A stretch of DNA of 64,000 nt from assembly GCA_016181845.1 (NCBI GenBank), contig JACOYO010000004.1, positions 15,827 to 79,826 of the forward strand. Reading direction: 5' to 3'. The first letter of the stretch is position 1. Each line of letters starts with the position of its first letter. Shown here one piece after another: positions 44,658 through 54,228 of the stretch. Source of the stretch: Parcubacteria group bacterium. Its GTDB lineage: Bacteria > Patescibacteriota > Minisyncoccia > Phycocordibacterales > 21-14-all-47-15. Below the pieces are notes generated by a model, which was not told the DNA's origin, did no database searches, and worked only from the letters and a program-made list of their open reading frames with translations. The position numbers were made by a program, and so were the translations under genes.

Positions 44658-45026
44658 TTAGAATTTATTCACGAATGGGAAATAGGTGTGCAAGACGTCC
44701 CATGTCATGCTGACGGTGTAAAATGCCGGATTGGTGATGACGCAGTTTGTTCGGTAAAAAGCCGGACAAAAATCAAAGTGACCTTTTCCGTCAGTAATGA
44801 CTGTTTTTTGCGTAATGACCGGCAGTTTGTTTTTCTCTGAAGATGAGTTTTCTAGTGCTCGAGCGCGGTCTTTTTGGTAGTCCGCGTCGTTGAAACAGGC
44901 AATCAACACCCCTTCGTTGTAACTCGGGTGGTCCGGAGCGTTGCACACCGTCGGATATGATGCCGCCGATGCGATGCCCGCGCTAGCGCTAAAAAATAAC
45001 GCGACTAAAAATAAGATTTTTTTCAT
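44658..45026 (-). CDS. Hypothetical secreted protein (signal peptide)
   Basis: MKKILFLVALFFSASAGIASA signal sequence; 122 aa. Confidence 0.5.
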   Translation of the reverse strand: MKKILFLVALFFSASAGIASAASYPTVCNAPDHPSYNEGVLIACFNDADYQKDRARALENSSSEKNKLPVITQKTVITDGKGHFDFCPAFYRTNCVITNPAFYTVSMTWDVLHTYFPFVNKF

Positions 45027-45124
45027 ATAGTATACTGACTATTTTGATTGATAGTTTTTAATATCTCTTTTTTAATGAGTATCGACCTTCTGATAAATAG
45101 TTTTTAGGATTTACAACTTAAAAA

Positions 45125-45245
45125 AATGAAAACAAAAAGCCCACCACGGGTCTCCGCCGAAGCGGACATACCGGTTTCCCGGTATGGCCAGTGAAGCAAC
45201 CCCATGATGGGTTTTCTATGCTTCACTGGTCTTTTTTCACCATGC
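45125..45245. ncRNA. Candidate structured RNA or complex terminator (four consecutive stem-loops)
   Basis: Hairpins agcccaccacgggt, ccgccgaagcgg, ccggtttcccgg and an 11-bp stem ccagtgaagca/tgcttcactgg around an inner cccatgatggg hairpin, followed by a T-run. No protein-coding potential. Confidence 0.3.
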
Positions 45246-45429
45246 CCGACAAAAAATTGTCTTGCCGAGTTTAGGCTACTTTTTGATTAAATTGTATTTC
45301 CTATAATTTTATAGTAGCATCAAAGGCAATGTTCGTCTACTCAATCAAGTTTCCTGTTCTGGACCAATGATAAAAATGAAAAACAAAGGGTAGCCCTTTG
45401 TTTTTCCGTATACTGGAGTAAATAAAAAC

Positions 45430-46059
45430 ATGAGAATTACAGAACTTCCAACTATGGATCGTAAAGTCGTTAAGGATCTGAAAATTGCACTTAAGGATTT
45501 TGAACGGCTGGTAAAAAACCCTCAATTCCTCTGGAATGGGCGAGAGTTTACGAATTTTAGTTTGCGACCACGCGAAGCATGGGCTAATTGGCTTGTATGT
45601 GTTGTTTTGCGCAAAATACACGGGAGGGATATTAGCTTTATGGAGGATAACGAGGGGGACGGATTTATTGTTGATAGAGAGCTGGGACTTGCTTTTCAAA
45701 CGGAGCACGTATCAGCACTTAACGTTCCGAAAGGAAAGCAACTGCCTGATGGAGAGCAACGAGTGCTGGACGCTATAAATCTAAAAATTGCACGGGGCCG
45801 CGACTATGCACACGAAAAGCTACTTGTCGTTTTCTTCGATGGTGCCGGTCAGTTCTTCAGGAGCAAAATCCGCGAGAATATCTTTGGACGACACGATTTC
45901 GAAGCGGTGTTTTGTGTTGGTCTATTGGATTCGGGTCCGAATGGTTATTCCTATTCGATTACTGAATTTAGAGATTCCTTCGGTCATCAATCCGTAACCC
46001 ATAAAGTGGAAATAGACATAGATTTTAGTGATTGGAAAATAACGCAAATCATGCAGTAA
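45430..46059 (+). CDS. Hypothetical protein (209 aa)
   Basis: Longest ORF in the region, with an upstream GGAG. I know of no assignable family. Confidence 0.5.
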   Translation: MRITELPTMDRKVVKDLKIALKDFERLVKNPQFLWNGREFTNFSLRPREAWANWLVCVVLRKIHGRDISFMEDNEGDGFIVDRELGLAFQTEHVSALNVPKGKQLPDGEQRVLDAINLKIARGRDYAHEKLLVVFFDGAGQFFRSKIRENIFGRHDFEAVFCVGLLDSGPNGYSYSITEFRDSFGHQSVTHKVEIDIDFSDWKITQIMQ

Positions 46060-46335
46060 AAACAATGTCTGACCCAAAAAACCAACATATCATTCCCGTT
46101 CTGGGCACTGACTTATAATGATCAAGGAGAATATTTTGTATTGCACAAACTCTACCCTGAGTATTGCCACATACTCATGGCGCTTGACTATGGTTTAGCA
46201 CGATTTCGAGGTGATATTTAACTTTCTCTATGGGCGAAGAAGATAAAATTATACTCAACGAGGGAGGTTACATAGGTCTGACCTATGTAAGCGGGACGCG
46301 GTTCTACGTATATGCTGTTATGGTAGAATTATACA

Positions 46336-47058
46336 ATGAACAAGGAAGAACAAAAAAATTCCGATGCAGCGATTGAATATGTGAAAAAACACAGTGATGA
46401 AATTATACAAAAATTTGCCAGCATCAAAACGTTTCCACTAAGTGAATATCCAGTGTCAGTGTTTATGGCGGGCTCTCCCGGGGCTGGGAAGACAGAATTC
46501 TCACAAGAAGTGTTGGATGTGTGGTTTGGGGACTCCGACATACAAGATGCGGTGCGTATTGACCCGGACGAAGTGAGGAAAATAATCCCTGGTTATGATG
46601 GTACTAATGCGTATCTTTTCCAGGCAGCTGTTTCTGTGGGTGTGGAAAAGATACATGATAGTGTTCTAAAATATGGACAAAACTTTATTCTTGATGGTAC
46701 ATTATCTATATTTAAAAAAGCAAAAGAAAATATTCAGCGTTCCATTGATAAACATAGATTAGTTTTTATTTTTTACATATATCAAGACCCTCTGGTAGCA
46801 TGGGCGTTTACCAAAGAGAGGGAGGTCAAAGAGGGGCGTAAAATTCCAAAGCAAGCTTTTATAGAACAATTCTTTGGTGCCAGGGATTCAGTAAATCAAA
46901 TTAAGGAATATTTCGGTGACAAAATTAAAGTATATTTGGTGGAAAAAAATTTTGAAAATAAGATTCAAAAAATAATGATAAATATAACAAAAATTGACTC
47001 CCATATATCATTTGGTTATAATAAAGAAACTCTTACAAAAGCATTGAAAAATATATGA
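46336..47058 (+). CDS. P-loop kinase of the zeta-toxin / AAA_33-like family
   Basis: Walker A FMAGSPGAGKTEF near residue 40 and a downstream ILDGTLS motif, in a ~240-aa protein. This is the zeta/PezT-like architecture. Confidence 0.5.
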   Translation: MNKEEQKNSDAAIEYVKKHSDEIIQKFASIKTFPLSEYPVSVFMAGSPGAGKTEFSQEVLDVWFGDSDIQDAVRIDPDEVRKIIPGYDGTNAYLFQAAVSVGVEKIHDSVLKYGQNFILDGTLSIFKKAKENIQRSIDKHRLVFIFYIYQDPLVAWAFTKEREVKEGRKIPKQAFIEQFFGARDSVNQIKEYFGDKIKVYLVEKNFENKIQKIMINITKIDSHISFGYNKETLTKALKNI

Positions 47059-47213
47059 AATTTTTAGATTTCTTTAAAAAAGCAGAGAAACCAAAGACAT
47101 TCTCCGGACTTTTCCGAGAAACATCCGAACGGGAGCAGGTACAGATTTTTGAAGAAGCGGCGCGGCGAGCAAATGAAGAACAGCGCAAAGTTTTTTACGG
47201 GTCAAAATCATAA
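47055..47213 (+). CDS. Small ORF (52 aa) overlapping the previous stop (ATGA)
   Basis: MKFLDFFKKAEKPKTFSGLFRETSEREQVQIFEEAARRANEEQRKVFYGSKS, followed directly by a terminator. Confidence 0.3.
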   Translation: MKFLDFFKKAEKPKTFSGLFRETSEREQVQIFEEAARRANEEQRKVFYGSKS

Positions 47214-47219
47214 CATCAA

Positions 47220-47246
47220 AAAACCACTCCAAAAGGTGGTTTTTTG
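47220..47246 (+). terminator. Rho-independent terminator
   Basis: aaccac-tccaaaa-ggtggtt followed by a T-run. Confidence 0.6.
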
Positions 47247-47409
47247 ATACTATAAAAAATCATTAACCCAAAAGGTTCAATTATTGGCGCACATATAAAG
47301 ACTTAGTCGCTTGGTTACTAAGCACAGTTTTGCAATATGCTATAATAGGACTAAATAGGATTATTCCTACCTGTGGTTGCGGGATTATTGACGTTATTTT
47401 CTGTTTTTC

Positions 47410-47438
47410 TTGACTCTATTAAAAAACTAGGTTATATT
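47410..47438 (+). promoter_or_regulatory. Sigma70-like promoter for grpE-dnaK (no CIRCE element seen)
   Basis: TTGACT, a 17-nt spacer and TATATT, ending 11 nt before the grpE ATG. Confidence 0.4.
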
Positions 47439-47448
47439 ACTATTCACC

Positions 47449-48042
47449 ATGCAAGATAAAGATAAAAAAAATACGGAGGAAAACGGCGAAGACGTTGTTT
47501 TTGATGAATCTTTGGCCGAAGAAGGGGAAGCGGGTTTCGGAAAAGGAAGCGTGGAAAAAATCAAAAAACTGAAAGACGAGCTGAAGGCGTGCCAAAAAGA
47601 AAAGCAGGAATATCTTGATGGCTGGCAGAGGGCCAAAGCGGATTTTATCAACGCGAGGAAAGAAGAAGAAAAAAATCGCGCGCAAGTGGCGCAATTTGCC
47701 AAAGAGGGGATGCTTCATGAGATATTGCCGGTTGTGGATAGTTTTGATATGGCTTTTCGCGATAAGGAGGCGTGGGCGCGGGTTGATGAAAATTGGCGCA
47801 AGGGTGTAGAATATATCTATCAGCAGTTTGTTTCTATTTTGGAAAACAACGGCCTTGCGCCGATAGAATCCTTGGGCAAACATTTTGACCCGACGCTTCA
47901 TTCGCCGATAGAATCGGTGCCGGTGGAAGAAAAAGATAAAGACGGCATCGTGCTTGAGGTGGTGCAGAAAGGGTATCGGATGAATGACCGCGTTCTTCGG
48001 CCGGCGAAAGTGAAAATCGGGGTTTTTGGTAAAGTATCGTAA
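47449..48042 (+). CDS. grpE: Nucleotide exchange factor GrpE
   Basis: Coiled-coil N-terminus and the GrpE core (LPVVDSFDMA, the C-terminal beta domain). Confidence 0.9.
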   Translation: MQDKDKKNTEENGEDVVFDESLAEEGEAGFGKGSVEKIKKLKDELKACQKEKQEYLDGWQRAKADFINARKEEEKNRAQVAQFAKEGMLHEILPVVDSFDMAFRDKEAWARVDENWRKGVEYIYQQFVSILENNGLAPIESLGKHFDPTLHSPIESVPVEEKDKDGIVLEVVQKGYRMNDRVLRPAKVKIGVFGKVS

Positions 48043-48053
48043 ATTATGAATTT

Positions 48054-48138
48054 GAAAAACTCTTTCTGAATCATAGTTTTTGATAGACGCGTATTCCGCC
48101 CAGGGCGGATGCTCTGCTCGAAACACTATTTTGTAATT
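48054..48138. mobile_element. MITE-like element, copy 3 (internally truncated)
   Basis: aaaaactctttctgaatcatagtttttgatagacgcgtattccgcccagggcggatgctctgctcg...attttgtaat; it lacks the cgcaatgtctctcaaaaa segment. Confidence 0.45.
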
Positions 48139-48140
48139 AA

Positions 48141-48217
48141 GACGTCCGACCTCTGGGTTGGTAAAATATCGGCATTTGCCACAAATAAAATAATTACCAC
48201 ATCAGAGGTCGGACGTC
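48141..48217. repeat. Family P4 long-hairpin element, copy 2, directly upstream of dnaK
   Basis: gacgtccgacctctg-ggttggtaa-aatatcggcatttgccacaaataaaataa-ttaccacat-cagaggtcggacgtc. Its arms differ from copy 1 by compensatory changes (T:A to C:G). Confidence 0.55.
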
Positions 48218-48252
48218 TTACATAAAGTAAATAAATAATTGATAAAAAACGT

Positions 48253-50148
48253 ATGTCAAAAATTTTAGGAATAGATTTGGGGACAACTAATTCGGCAATG
48301 GCCATTATTGAAGGAGGCGTGCCGAAGATTATAGAAAACGTGGAAGGCAACCGCACGACGCCGTCTGTTGTCGCGCTTGGAAAAGGAGGGGAGCGGTTGG
48401 TTGGCTTGCTTGCGAAAAGGCAGGCGGTCACTAATCCTGAAAACACGATGTATGGCATCAAGCGGCTCATCGGGCATCGTTTTGATGATAAGGAGGTGCA
48501 AAAAGATAAAGCGTCGGTGCCGTTTCATATAGAGAAATCCGATGACGGCGGGGTGAAGGTGAAGATGGGCGATAAATGGTATCGGCCGGAAGAAATCTCG
48601 GCGATGGTGCTTCAGAAGCTGAAGCAGGACGCGGAAGCAAAGCTCGGAGAAAAAATCACCGAAGCGATTATTACCGTGCCGGCATATTTCAGTGATTCAC
48701 AGCGAAAGGCGACCAAAGACGCGGGTAAAATCGCTGGGCTTGAGGTAAAGCGTATCATCAATGAGCCGACGGCCGCGGCGCTTGCGTATGGTTTTGATAA
48801 AAAGAAAGATGAGAAAATCGTGGTGTACGATTTTGGCGGAGGCACGTTTGACGTGTCGGTGCTTGAAGTGGGCGCGGACGTGATTGAAGTGAAATCCACA
48901 GATGGCGATAGCCACATGGGAGGCGAAGATATAGACCGCGAATTGGTGAAATGGATAGGAGAGCAGTTTAAAAAAGAAAGCGGCATTGATATTTTGAAAG
49001 ATACCCTGGCGCTTCAGCGCCTTAAAGAAGCTGCGGAAAAAGCGAAGCACGAACTCTCCACGACCACTGAAACGGAAATCAATATCCCGTTTATCACTTC
49101 TGGAGCGGATGGGCCAAAACACTTGCTTTTGAAACTCTCGCGCGCGACGCTTGAAATACTCACTAAATCTTTCATTGACCGGTCTATTGAAATCACCAAG
49201 CGCGCGATGGAAAATTCGCCGTTTAAGATAGGTGATATCGATGAGGTGGTGCTTGTCGGTGGGCAGACCAGAATGCCCGCGATTGTCGCGGCAGTAAAGA
49301 CCTATTTCGGCAAAGAGCCAAATCTTTCTATCAATCCTGATGAAGTGGTGGCGCTCGGCGCCGCGGTGCAGGCGGGGATATTGCAGGGGGATGTGAAAGA
49401 CGTGCTTTTGCTTGATGTTATACCGCTTTCGCTCGGGATTGAGACGATGGGCGGAGTGGCGACAAAATTGATTGAGAAAAACACGACGATACCGACTTCA
49501 AAATCACAGGTCTTTTCAACGGCTTCTGATAGCCAGACGAGTGTTGAGATTCATATCACGCAGGGAGAGCGGCCGATGGCGGCAGACAACAAAAGTCTCG
49601 GGCGATTTATTTTGGACGGTATTCCGCCGGCGCCGCGCGGTATGCCGCAAATTGAAGTGACCTTTGATATTGATGCAAACGGGATTTTGCAAGTGAAAGC
49701 GAAAGACAAGTCTTCAGGTAAAGAGCAGTCAATCCGGATTGAAGCAAGCTCGGGACTCACCGATGCCGATATTGCGCGCATGAAGCAGGATGCCGATATG
49801 CACGCGGAAGAAGACCATAAAAAGAAAGAGACGGCAGAGGCGCGCAATCTTGCCGAACAGCTCGCATACACTGCCGAAAAAGCGCTCAAAGACGCGGAAG
49901 GAAAAATTACTGATGAGATAAAGACGAGCGTACGGGCAAAAATTGATGAGGTAAAGAAAGTTAAAGATGGTGTTGACGCAGAAACGATTAAAAAAGCGAC
50001 CGAAGCACTTTCAACCGAGATGCAAAAAATCGGCGAGCATATGGCAAAAAATACCCCGCAACAAGGAGGTGCCCAAGAGGGGAACGTCCGCGATGCAAAA
50101 GTAGAAGAGGACAAAAAAGACGATGGCGGTACTGCTGAAAATAAATAA
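48253..50148 (+). CDS. dnaK: Molecular chaperone DnaK (Hsp70)
   Basis: [22 protein letters not shown] and the other Hsp70 signatures; 631 aa. Confidence 0.95.
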   Translation: MSKILGIDLGTTNSAMAIIEGGVPKIIENVEGNRTTPSVVALGKGGERLVGLLAKRQAVTNPENTMYGIKRLIGHRFDDKEVQKDKASVPFHIEKSDDGGVKVKMGDKWYRPEEISAMVLQKLKQDAEAKLGEKITEAIITVPAYFSDSQRKATKDAGKIAGLEVKRIINEPTAAALAYGFDKKKDEKIVVYDFGGGTFDVSVLEVGADVIEVKSTDGDSHMGGEDIDRELVKWIGEQFKKESGIDILKDTLALQRLKEAAEKAKHELSTTTETEINIPFITSGADGPKHLLLKLSRATLEILTKSFIDRSIEITKRAMENSPFKIGDIDEVVLVGGQTRMPAIVAAVKTYFGKEPNLSINPDEVVALGAAVQAGILQGDVKDVLLLDVIPLSLGIETMGGVATKLIEKNTTIPTSKSQVFSTASDSQTSVEIHITQGERPMAADNKSLGRFILDGIPPAPRGMPQIEVTFDIDANGILQVKAKDKSSGKEQSIRIEASSGLTDADIARMKQDADMHAEEDHKKKETAEARNLAEQLAYTAEKALKDAEGKITDEIKTSVRAKIDEVKKVKDGVDAETIKKATEALSTEMQKIGEHMAKNTPQQGGAQEGNVRDAKVEEDKKDDGGTAENK

Positions 50149-50195
50149 TCTTCTAACACGTTTCAGAATTTTTTACTGAGAGAAAATCAGAAACA

Positions 50196-50230
50196 AAAAG
50201 CCAAACAAATTTGTTTGGCTTTTTGTTTAC
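50196..50230 (+). terminator. Rho-independent terminator after dnaK
   Basis: aagccaaacaaa/tttgtttggctt followed by a T-run. Confidence 0.55.
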
Positions 50231-50393
50231 TCGGAGGTGCTCGGTCAATATTTATTGAGAAGGGGGGCCTCTCTGACGAGGCTTACTGTGGATAACTTTT
50301 TGACTACCATGTCGCACAATATATCTTTTGCGACATTGTTGTTGCGTAATTTTAAGCGACCTCTATACTTTATTATAGATAGATATATTTGAC

Positions 50394-50906
50394 GTGTTTA
50401 CATTGATACGTATACATAAGGAGACCTCCATGAATATACGCTTTTTGGTCATTTTTATATTTGCTTTTCTGATTCCCTCATATGACCTGCCATGCGCCGC
50501 CGCGCCTCCAGACGTACCTTCAGACACACCTTTAGCCGCAATACCAGACGCACCTTTAGCCACACCTTCCGATAAACCTACTGATAATTTATTCGGGACC
50601 GACATCACCTTTCGTATTGAAACAAGTCCGGAAGCATTTAAAGAGGCGCTTGAGAGAGCCCGGAATAAGAAAAATGATGACGGTATCTTAATCAATGAAA
50701 AGTTAAAACATGGCGTCACGTTCAAGGGTTTGGCCGAATGGAGCATAAAAGAAAAAAGATGTATAATATATTGGCCGAATCCGGAGTTTGAAAATCCAAA
50801 AAAAATGGATTTTAACAATGAAAACGAAGAAAAAGAAATCGGCTATAAATTTAAAGTGCTTGGGCATGAAGCATACCATTGTATGGTCGGACAGTTTCAT
50901 GACTAA
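50394..50906 (+). CDS. Hypothetical secreted protein with a C-terminal HExxH motif
   Basis: Signal peptide, a Pro/Ala/Asp-rich repeat (PLAAIPDAPLATPSD, from a ~21-bp DNA tandem repeat) and HEAYH near the C-terminus. Confidence 0.45.
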   Translation: MFTLIRIHKETSMNIRFLVIFIFAFLIPSYDLPCAAAPPDVPSDTPLAAIPDAPLATPSDKPTDNLFGTDITFRIETSPEAFKEALERARNKKNDDGILINEKLKHGVTFKGLAEWSIKEKRCIIYWPNPEFENPKKMDFNNENEEKEIGYKFKVLGHEAYHCMVGQFHD

Positions 50907-51012
50907 GAAGAATTTCGGATTATTAAAAAGACCCGTAATATAACCGCGACAAGCGGCAAATCGCGGGTCTTTTTTTGCTATGTCATTCGTAATTTACAAT
51001 ACGCCATTATAT

Positions 51013-51396
51013 TTAAGGCGCAGAAGTGGCAATGTTATGCCAGTAATTACTTGGACGTCGGGTGTCCAAGTAATTCCAAATTGAGGCGGAATTAAAATTA
51101 CCATCGCGCAAAGCATTAATCCCCTGCAGAAAACTTTTCCAAAGGACTTCAATAAAAATATTTTGCCAGAAATAAAGGATTGGTTTTGATAAGTAATTGT
51201 CCCAGAGCGGTTTAAGCCAGGCATTCCATGTATTGATAGTCAGTTCTTTCACGTAGCTGATATTTTGCTGTGTTTGCGGAGATTCAACGATAGCTCGTAA
51301 ATCAATATTAAAATAACTTAAAATCAGGATAAAAAGAATGAGCAAAAGAATAAATTTGACGAACCCTTTTTGTGTTTGTTGTTGCCAGGGAATCAT
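51013..51396 (-). CDS. Hypothetical membrane protein; a P1 palindrome copy (51047-51073) lies within its 3' end
   Basis: N-terminal TM segment. The final ~20 codons are encoded by the repeat, so the native C-terminus is uncertain. Confidence 0.4.
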   Translation of the reverse strand: MIPWQQQTQKGFVKFILLLILFILILSYFNIDLRAIVESPQTQQNISYVKELTINTWNAWLKPLWDNYLSKPILYFWQNIFIEVLWKSFLQGINALRDGNFNSASIWNYLDTRRPSNYWHNIATSAP

Positions 51397-51418
51397 TGTT
51401 TTTTATTATAACACGTTT

Positions 51419-52702
51419 TTATAGGTATTGGATTGGGTCAAGATATGCGTTGAGTGGCGCGACAGGTATACGCGCGTTGGCGCAGTTGGTCACGGTTTTA
51501 ATGTCTCCCAACCGAACGATTTGCACTCCTTGTGTCGCGTATACGCTAAAATGCAGATGCGGACCAGTCGCATAGCCGGTCGCTCCGGAATAACCGATAA
51601 GCTCACCGGTTGATACTTCTTGTCCCGGAGATACTTTTATTAGACTAAAATGCGCGTAGAGTGTTGAAAGACCGGTATTGTGGCGAATAAGCACCCATTT
51701 GCCGTAAGAATAGCATCCTTTTATCGTGTCGGTATTGCCGGTAGCTGTAACGATACCGTTGCCTGCTGAAAACACTTCAGTACCGACGCTTGCGCGAAAA
51801 TCAATGCCGTTATGTCCTTGCCCGTTGTAGGCGCCGCTTTTTGCAAATTCGGTATTTCCAAAATATTGAGTTATTTTGATGCTTTTTAACGGCCATGCGA
51901 GGACTCCTTTTCCGGCCTTAGGAATACTGGTCGGATCAATTTCTATGCGAAGCGCTGATTCATATTCCGCCAACTCTCTTTCAAGAGCTTCCCTTTTTGC
52001 TATCTTTTCATTAATGAGGGCGGTATAGTTTGACTCTTTGTTTTTTGTTTCTTTAAGCAGGATATCTTTTTCTCGTCTATTTTGGTCAACAATGATTTTT
52101 TGGTCAGAAAGTGTGTTTTTGAGCGAGAGCAATTTTTTGCGTTCCGCTTCCTGTGTCGTTTTGGTGTCTTCAAAATCTTTTTTTAATACTTTTAATACTG
52201 TCACGTGCTGATTTACCCCGCTTTGAAACTGCCGGATGCTTTCTACGGTATTCCACACATCAGATAGCCGTTCATTCGCAAGAATTATTTCTAAGAGCGA
52301 CGTATCGTCAATCTCGCGCATCAATTGGACGCTATCGGCAAGCGCGTCTTTATTTTGTTCTATTTGCTCGCTTTTAGCAGAGATGTTTGACGCAAGTTCT
52401 TCAATAGTACGTTCTGTGACGGTAATTTTTTTCTGGGTTAGTTGAATATCAGCAGATAACTTTTTAACAGTTATGTCAAGTGTTTTGATTGCGCTTTGCA
52501 GAGTTTGTTTTTCTGCACCGATGGACGTGAGCTGTTCTTGATAACCGGCGATTTCTTTTTCAAGAATATCAATCTCACTTCCCTTTTCAGAAATTTTTGT
52601 TTGGAGCTCTTCTTTTGATGCGTATGCGGAGGTACTAAAAATAATCAGCAGAAAGAATGCCGTCCAAACAAAAGAAAACAAATGCGGATTTTTTCTGCGC
52701 AT
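51419..52702 (-). CDS. M23/LytM-family peptidoglycan metalloendopeptidase with an N-terminal coiled coil (EnvC-like)
   Basis: HxxxD (HNGIDF) and HxH (HLHFSV) M23 motifs, a long coiled coil and a signal/TM anchor. Confidence 0.8.
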   Translation of the reverse strand: MRRKNPHLFSFVWTAFFLLIIFSTSAYASKEELQTKISEKGSEIDILEKEIAGYQEQLTSIGAEKQTLQSAIKTLDITVKKLSADIQLTQKKITVTERTIEELASNISAKSEQIEQNKDALADSVQLMREIDDTSLLEIILANERLSDVWNTVESIRQFQSGVNQHVTVLKVLKKDFEDTKTTQEAERKKLLSLKNTLSDQKIIVDQNRREKDILLKETKNKESNYTALINEKIAKREALERELAEYESALRIEIDPTSIPKAGKGVLAWPLKSIKITQYFGNTEFAKSGAYNGQGHNGIDFRASVGTEVFSAGNGIVTATGNTDTIKGCYSYGKWVLIRHNTGLSTLYAHFSLIKVSPGQEVSTGELIGYSGATGYATGPHLHFSVYATQGVQIVRLGDIKTVTNCANARIPVAPLNAYLDPIQYL

Positions 52703-52729
52703 GATTCTATTATGCCATATTGTTGGCTG

Positions 52730-54211
52730 TTAGTGCGGTGCCAGTACTATTTCCGCATTTTTAAGGCGGCGAAGCGTTTCTTCTTTTCCTAAAATTTCAG
52801 CTAGTGTAAACGGGTCGGGAGATTTTTCTTGTCCAGAGAGCGCGTAGCGCATTGGCCAAAGGATGTTCCCTCTCCCCTCTTTTTCGGCATAATCCCAAAG
52901 CGCGGTTTTTATCGGTGTGTTATAAAACTGTTCTATTGTAGCAAGTATTTTTTCTATGTGTTTAATATACTCAATTGTTTTATCTCGCGGGGTTTCTTTC
53001 CATGCAATCTTTTGCGGGTCAAGTGTTGGTTCTCTGAATATATAATCTATTTCGCCTGACATAAATTTGTCTCGCGTGTCCGTATACGTATACCCTCCTG
53101 AATAGACCAAAGAAGCAAACGCATCGTTCGCTTTTTTAAGCGAATATCCGCTGGCGCTTTTGATGCTTTCGTGAATTTTTTCTTGCATCTCATTCAAAGG
53201 AATAAATTCGGTTCCTTTTTCTTTTACACTGCGTTCTTCCGGATTAAAAGATGCAAACCATTTATTTTGAAGTGAATCCAGTTTATCTTTATTAAAAATA
53301 GCCGCGCTTTTTTGTACTTTTTTGAAGTCAAACAACGGGATTAATTCTTCCATATCGTAAATTTCTTTTTCAGTCCCCTCTTCTGATTGAGGCGACCAGC
53401 CCATCAATGCCAAAAAGTTTACCATGGCTTCTTTTTCATAGCCAAATTTTCGGTATTCATTGATAGACATTGCGCCGTGGCGTTTTGAAAGCTTTGATTT
53501 ATCGGGGGCTAAAATAAGCGGGATATGGGCGTATTTTGGACTTTTTGCGCCGATAGCTTCCTGTATAAGTATTTGCCGCGGGGTATTTGAAATGCCGTCT
53601 TCCCCGCGAATCACATGCGTGATGCCCATTTCAAAATCATCCACCACTACCGCCAAGTGATATAAAGGCGTCTCTGGGTCTTTGGCAATAACAAAATCGC
53701 CAAGCTCGGTGGTGTCAAACGTAATATCGCCGCGGATTTCATCATGAAAGGTAATTTTTTTATTTTGATTTTTTAATCGGATGACCTCGCTTCTTTGTCC
53801 TGCTTCCGCCGGCTCTTCTTTTGATACATACGCAGTGCCATCCGCAATCATTTTAGCGAGATATTTTTTATATATATCGGTGCGTTCTGATTGACGGTAG
53901 GGCTGTTGGTACGCAATATCTCCGTTGATTTCATCACCTATGTCTTTTTTTTGTAATTTTTTTGACGGGTCTCCTGTCCACCCGATACCGAGCCAGAGCA
54001 ACCCTTCAATGATATCGTCTTCGTATTCTTTTTTTGAGCGTTCTTTGTCGGTATCTTCTATGCGTAAAATCATTTCTCCTTCCCCGCCTAGATGTTCGGC
54101 GTTTTTTGCAAAAAGATAATTAAAAAGCGCGGTTCTTGCGGAACCGATATGCAAAAAGCCGGTTGGCGACGGCGCGAATCTAGTTTTTACTTTGTGAAGT
54201 TTTTGCGGCAT
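52730..54211 (-). CDS. gltX: Glutamate--tRNA ligase
   Basis: Class I HIGH (FLHIGS) and KMSKS (KLSKRHG) motifs, plus a GluRS-type anticodon-binding domain. Confidence 0.9.
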   Translation of the reverse strand: MPQKLHKVKTRFAPSPTGFLHIGSARTALFNYLFAKNAEHLGGEGEMILRIEDTDKERSKKEYEDDIIEGLLWLGIGWTGDPSKKLQKKDIGDEINGDIAYQQPYRQSERTDIYKKYLAKMIADGTAYVSKEEPAEAGQRSEVIRLKNQNKKITFHDEIRGDITFDTTELGDFVIAKDPETPLYHLAVVVDDFEMGITHVIRGEDGISNTPRQILIQEAIGAKSPKYAHIPLILAPDKSKLSKRHGAMSINEYRKFGYEKEAMVNFLALMGWSPQSEEGTEKEIYDMEELIPLFDFKKVQKSAAIFNKDKLDSLQNKWFASFNPEERSVKEKGTEFIPLNEMQEKIHESIKSASGYSLKKANDAFASLVYSGGYTYTDTRDKFMSGEIDYIFREPTLDPQKIAWKETPRDKTIEYIKHIEKILATIEQFYNTPIKTALWDYAEKEGRGNILWPMRYALSGQEKSPDPFTLAEILGKEETLRRLKNAEIVLAPH

Positions 54212-54228
54212 GTGGTTTTGCTGGGGCG

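Noticed and set aside
47250-47448. CIRCE/HrcA operator upstream of grpE-dnaK
   Set aside because: I looked for TTAGCACTC-N9-GAGTGCTAA and found nothing similar. Only a sigma70-like promoter is present. hrcA is also absent upstream.
47440-48126. 228-aa minus-strand ORF opposite grpE
   Set aside because: Antisense to GrpE. Phe/Arg-rich composition typical of an AT-rich wrong frame.
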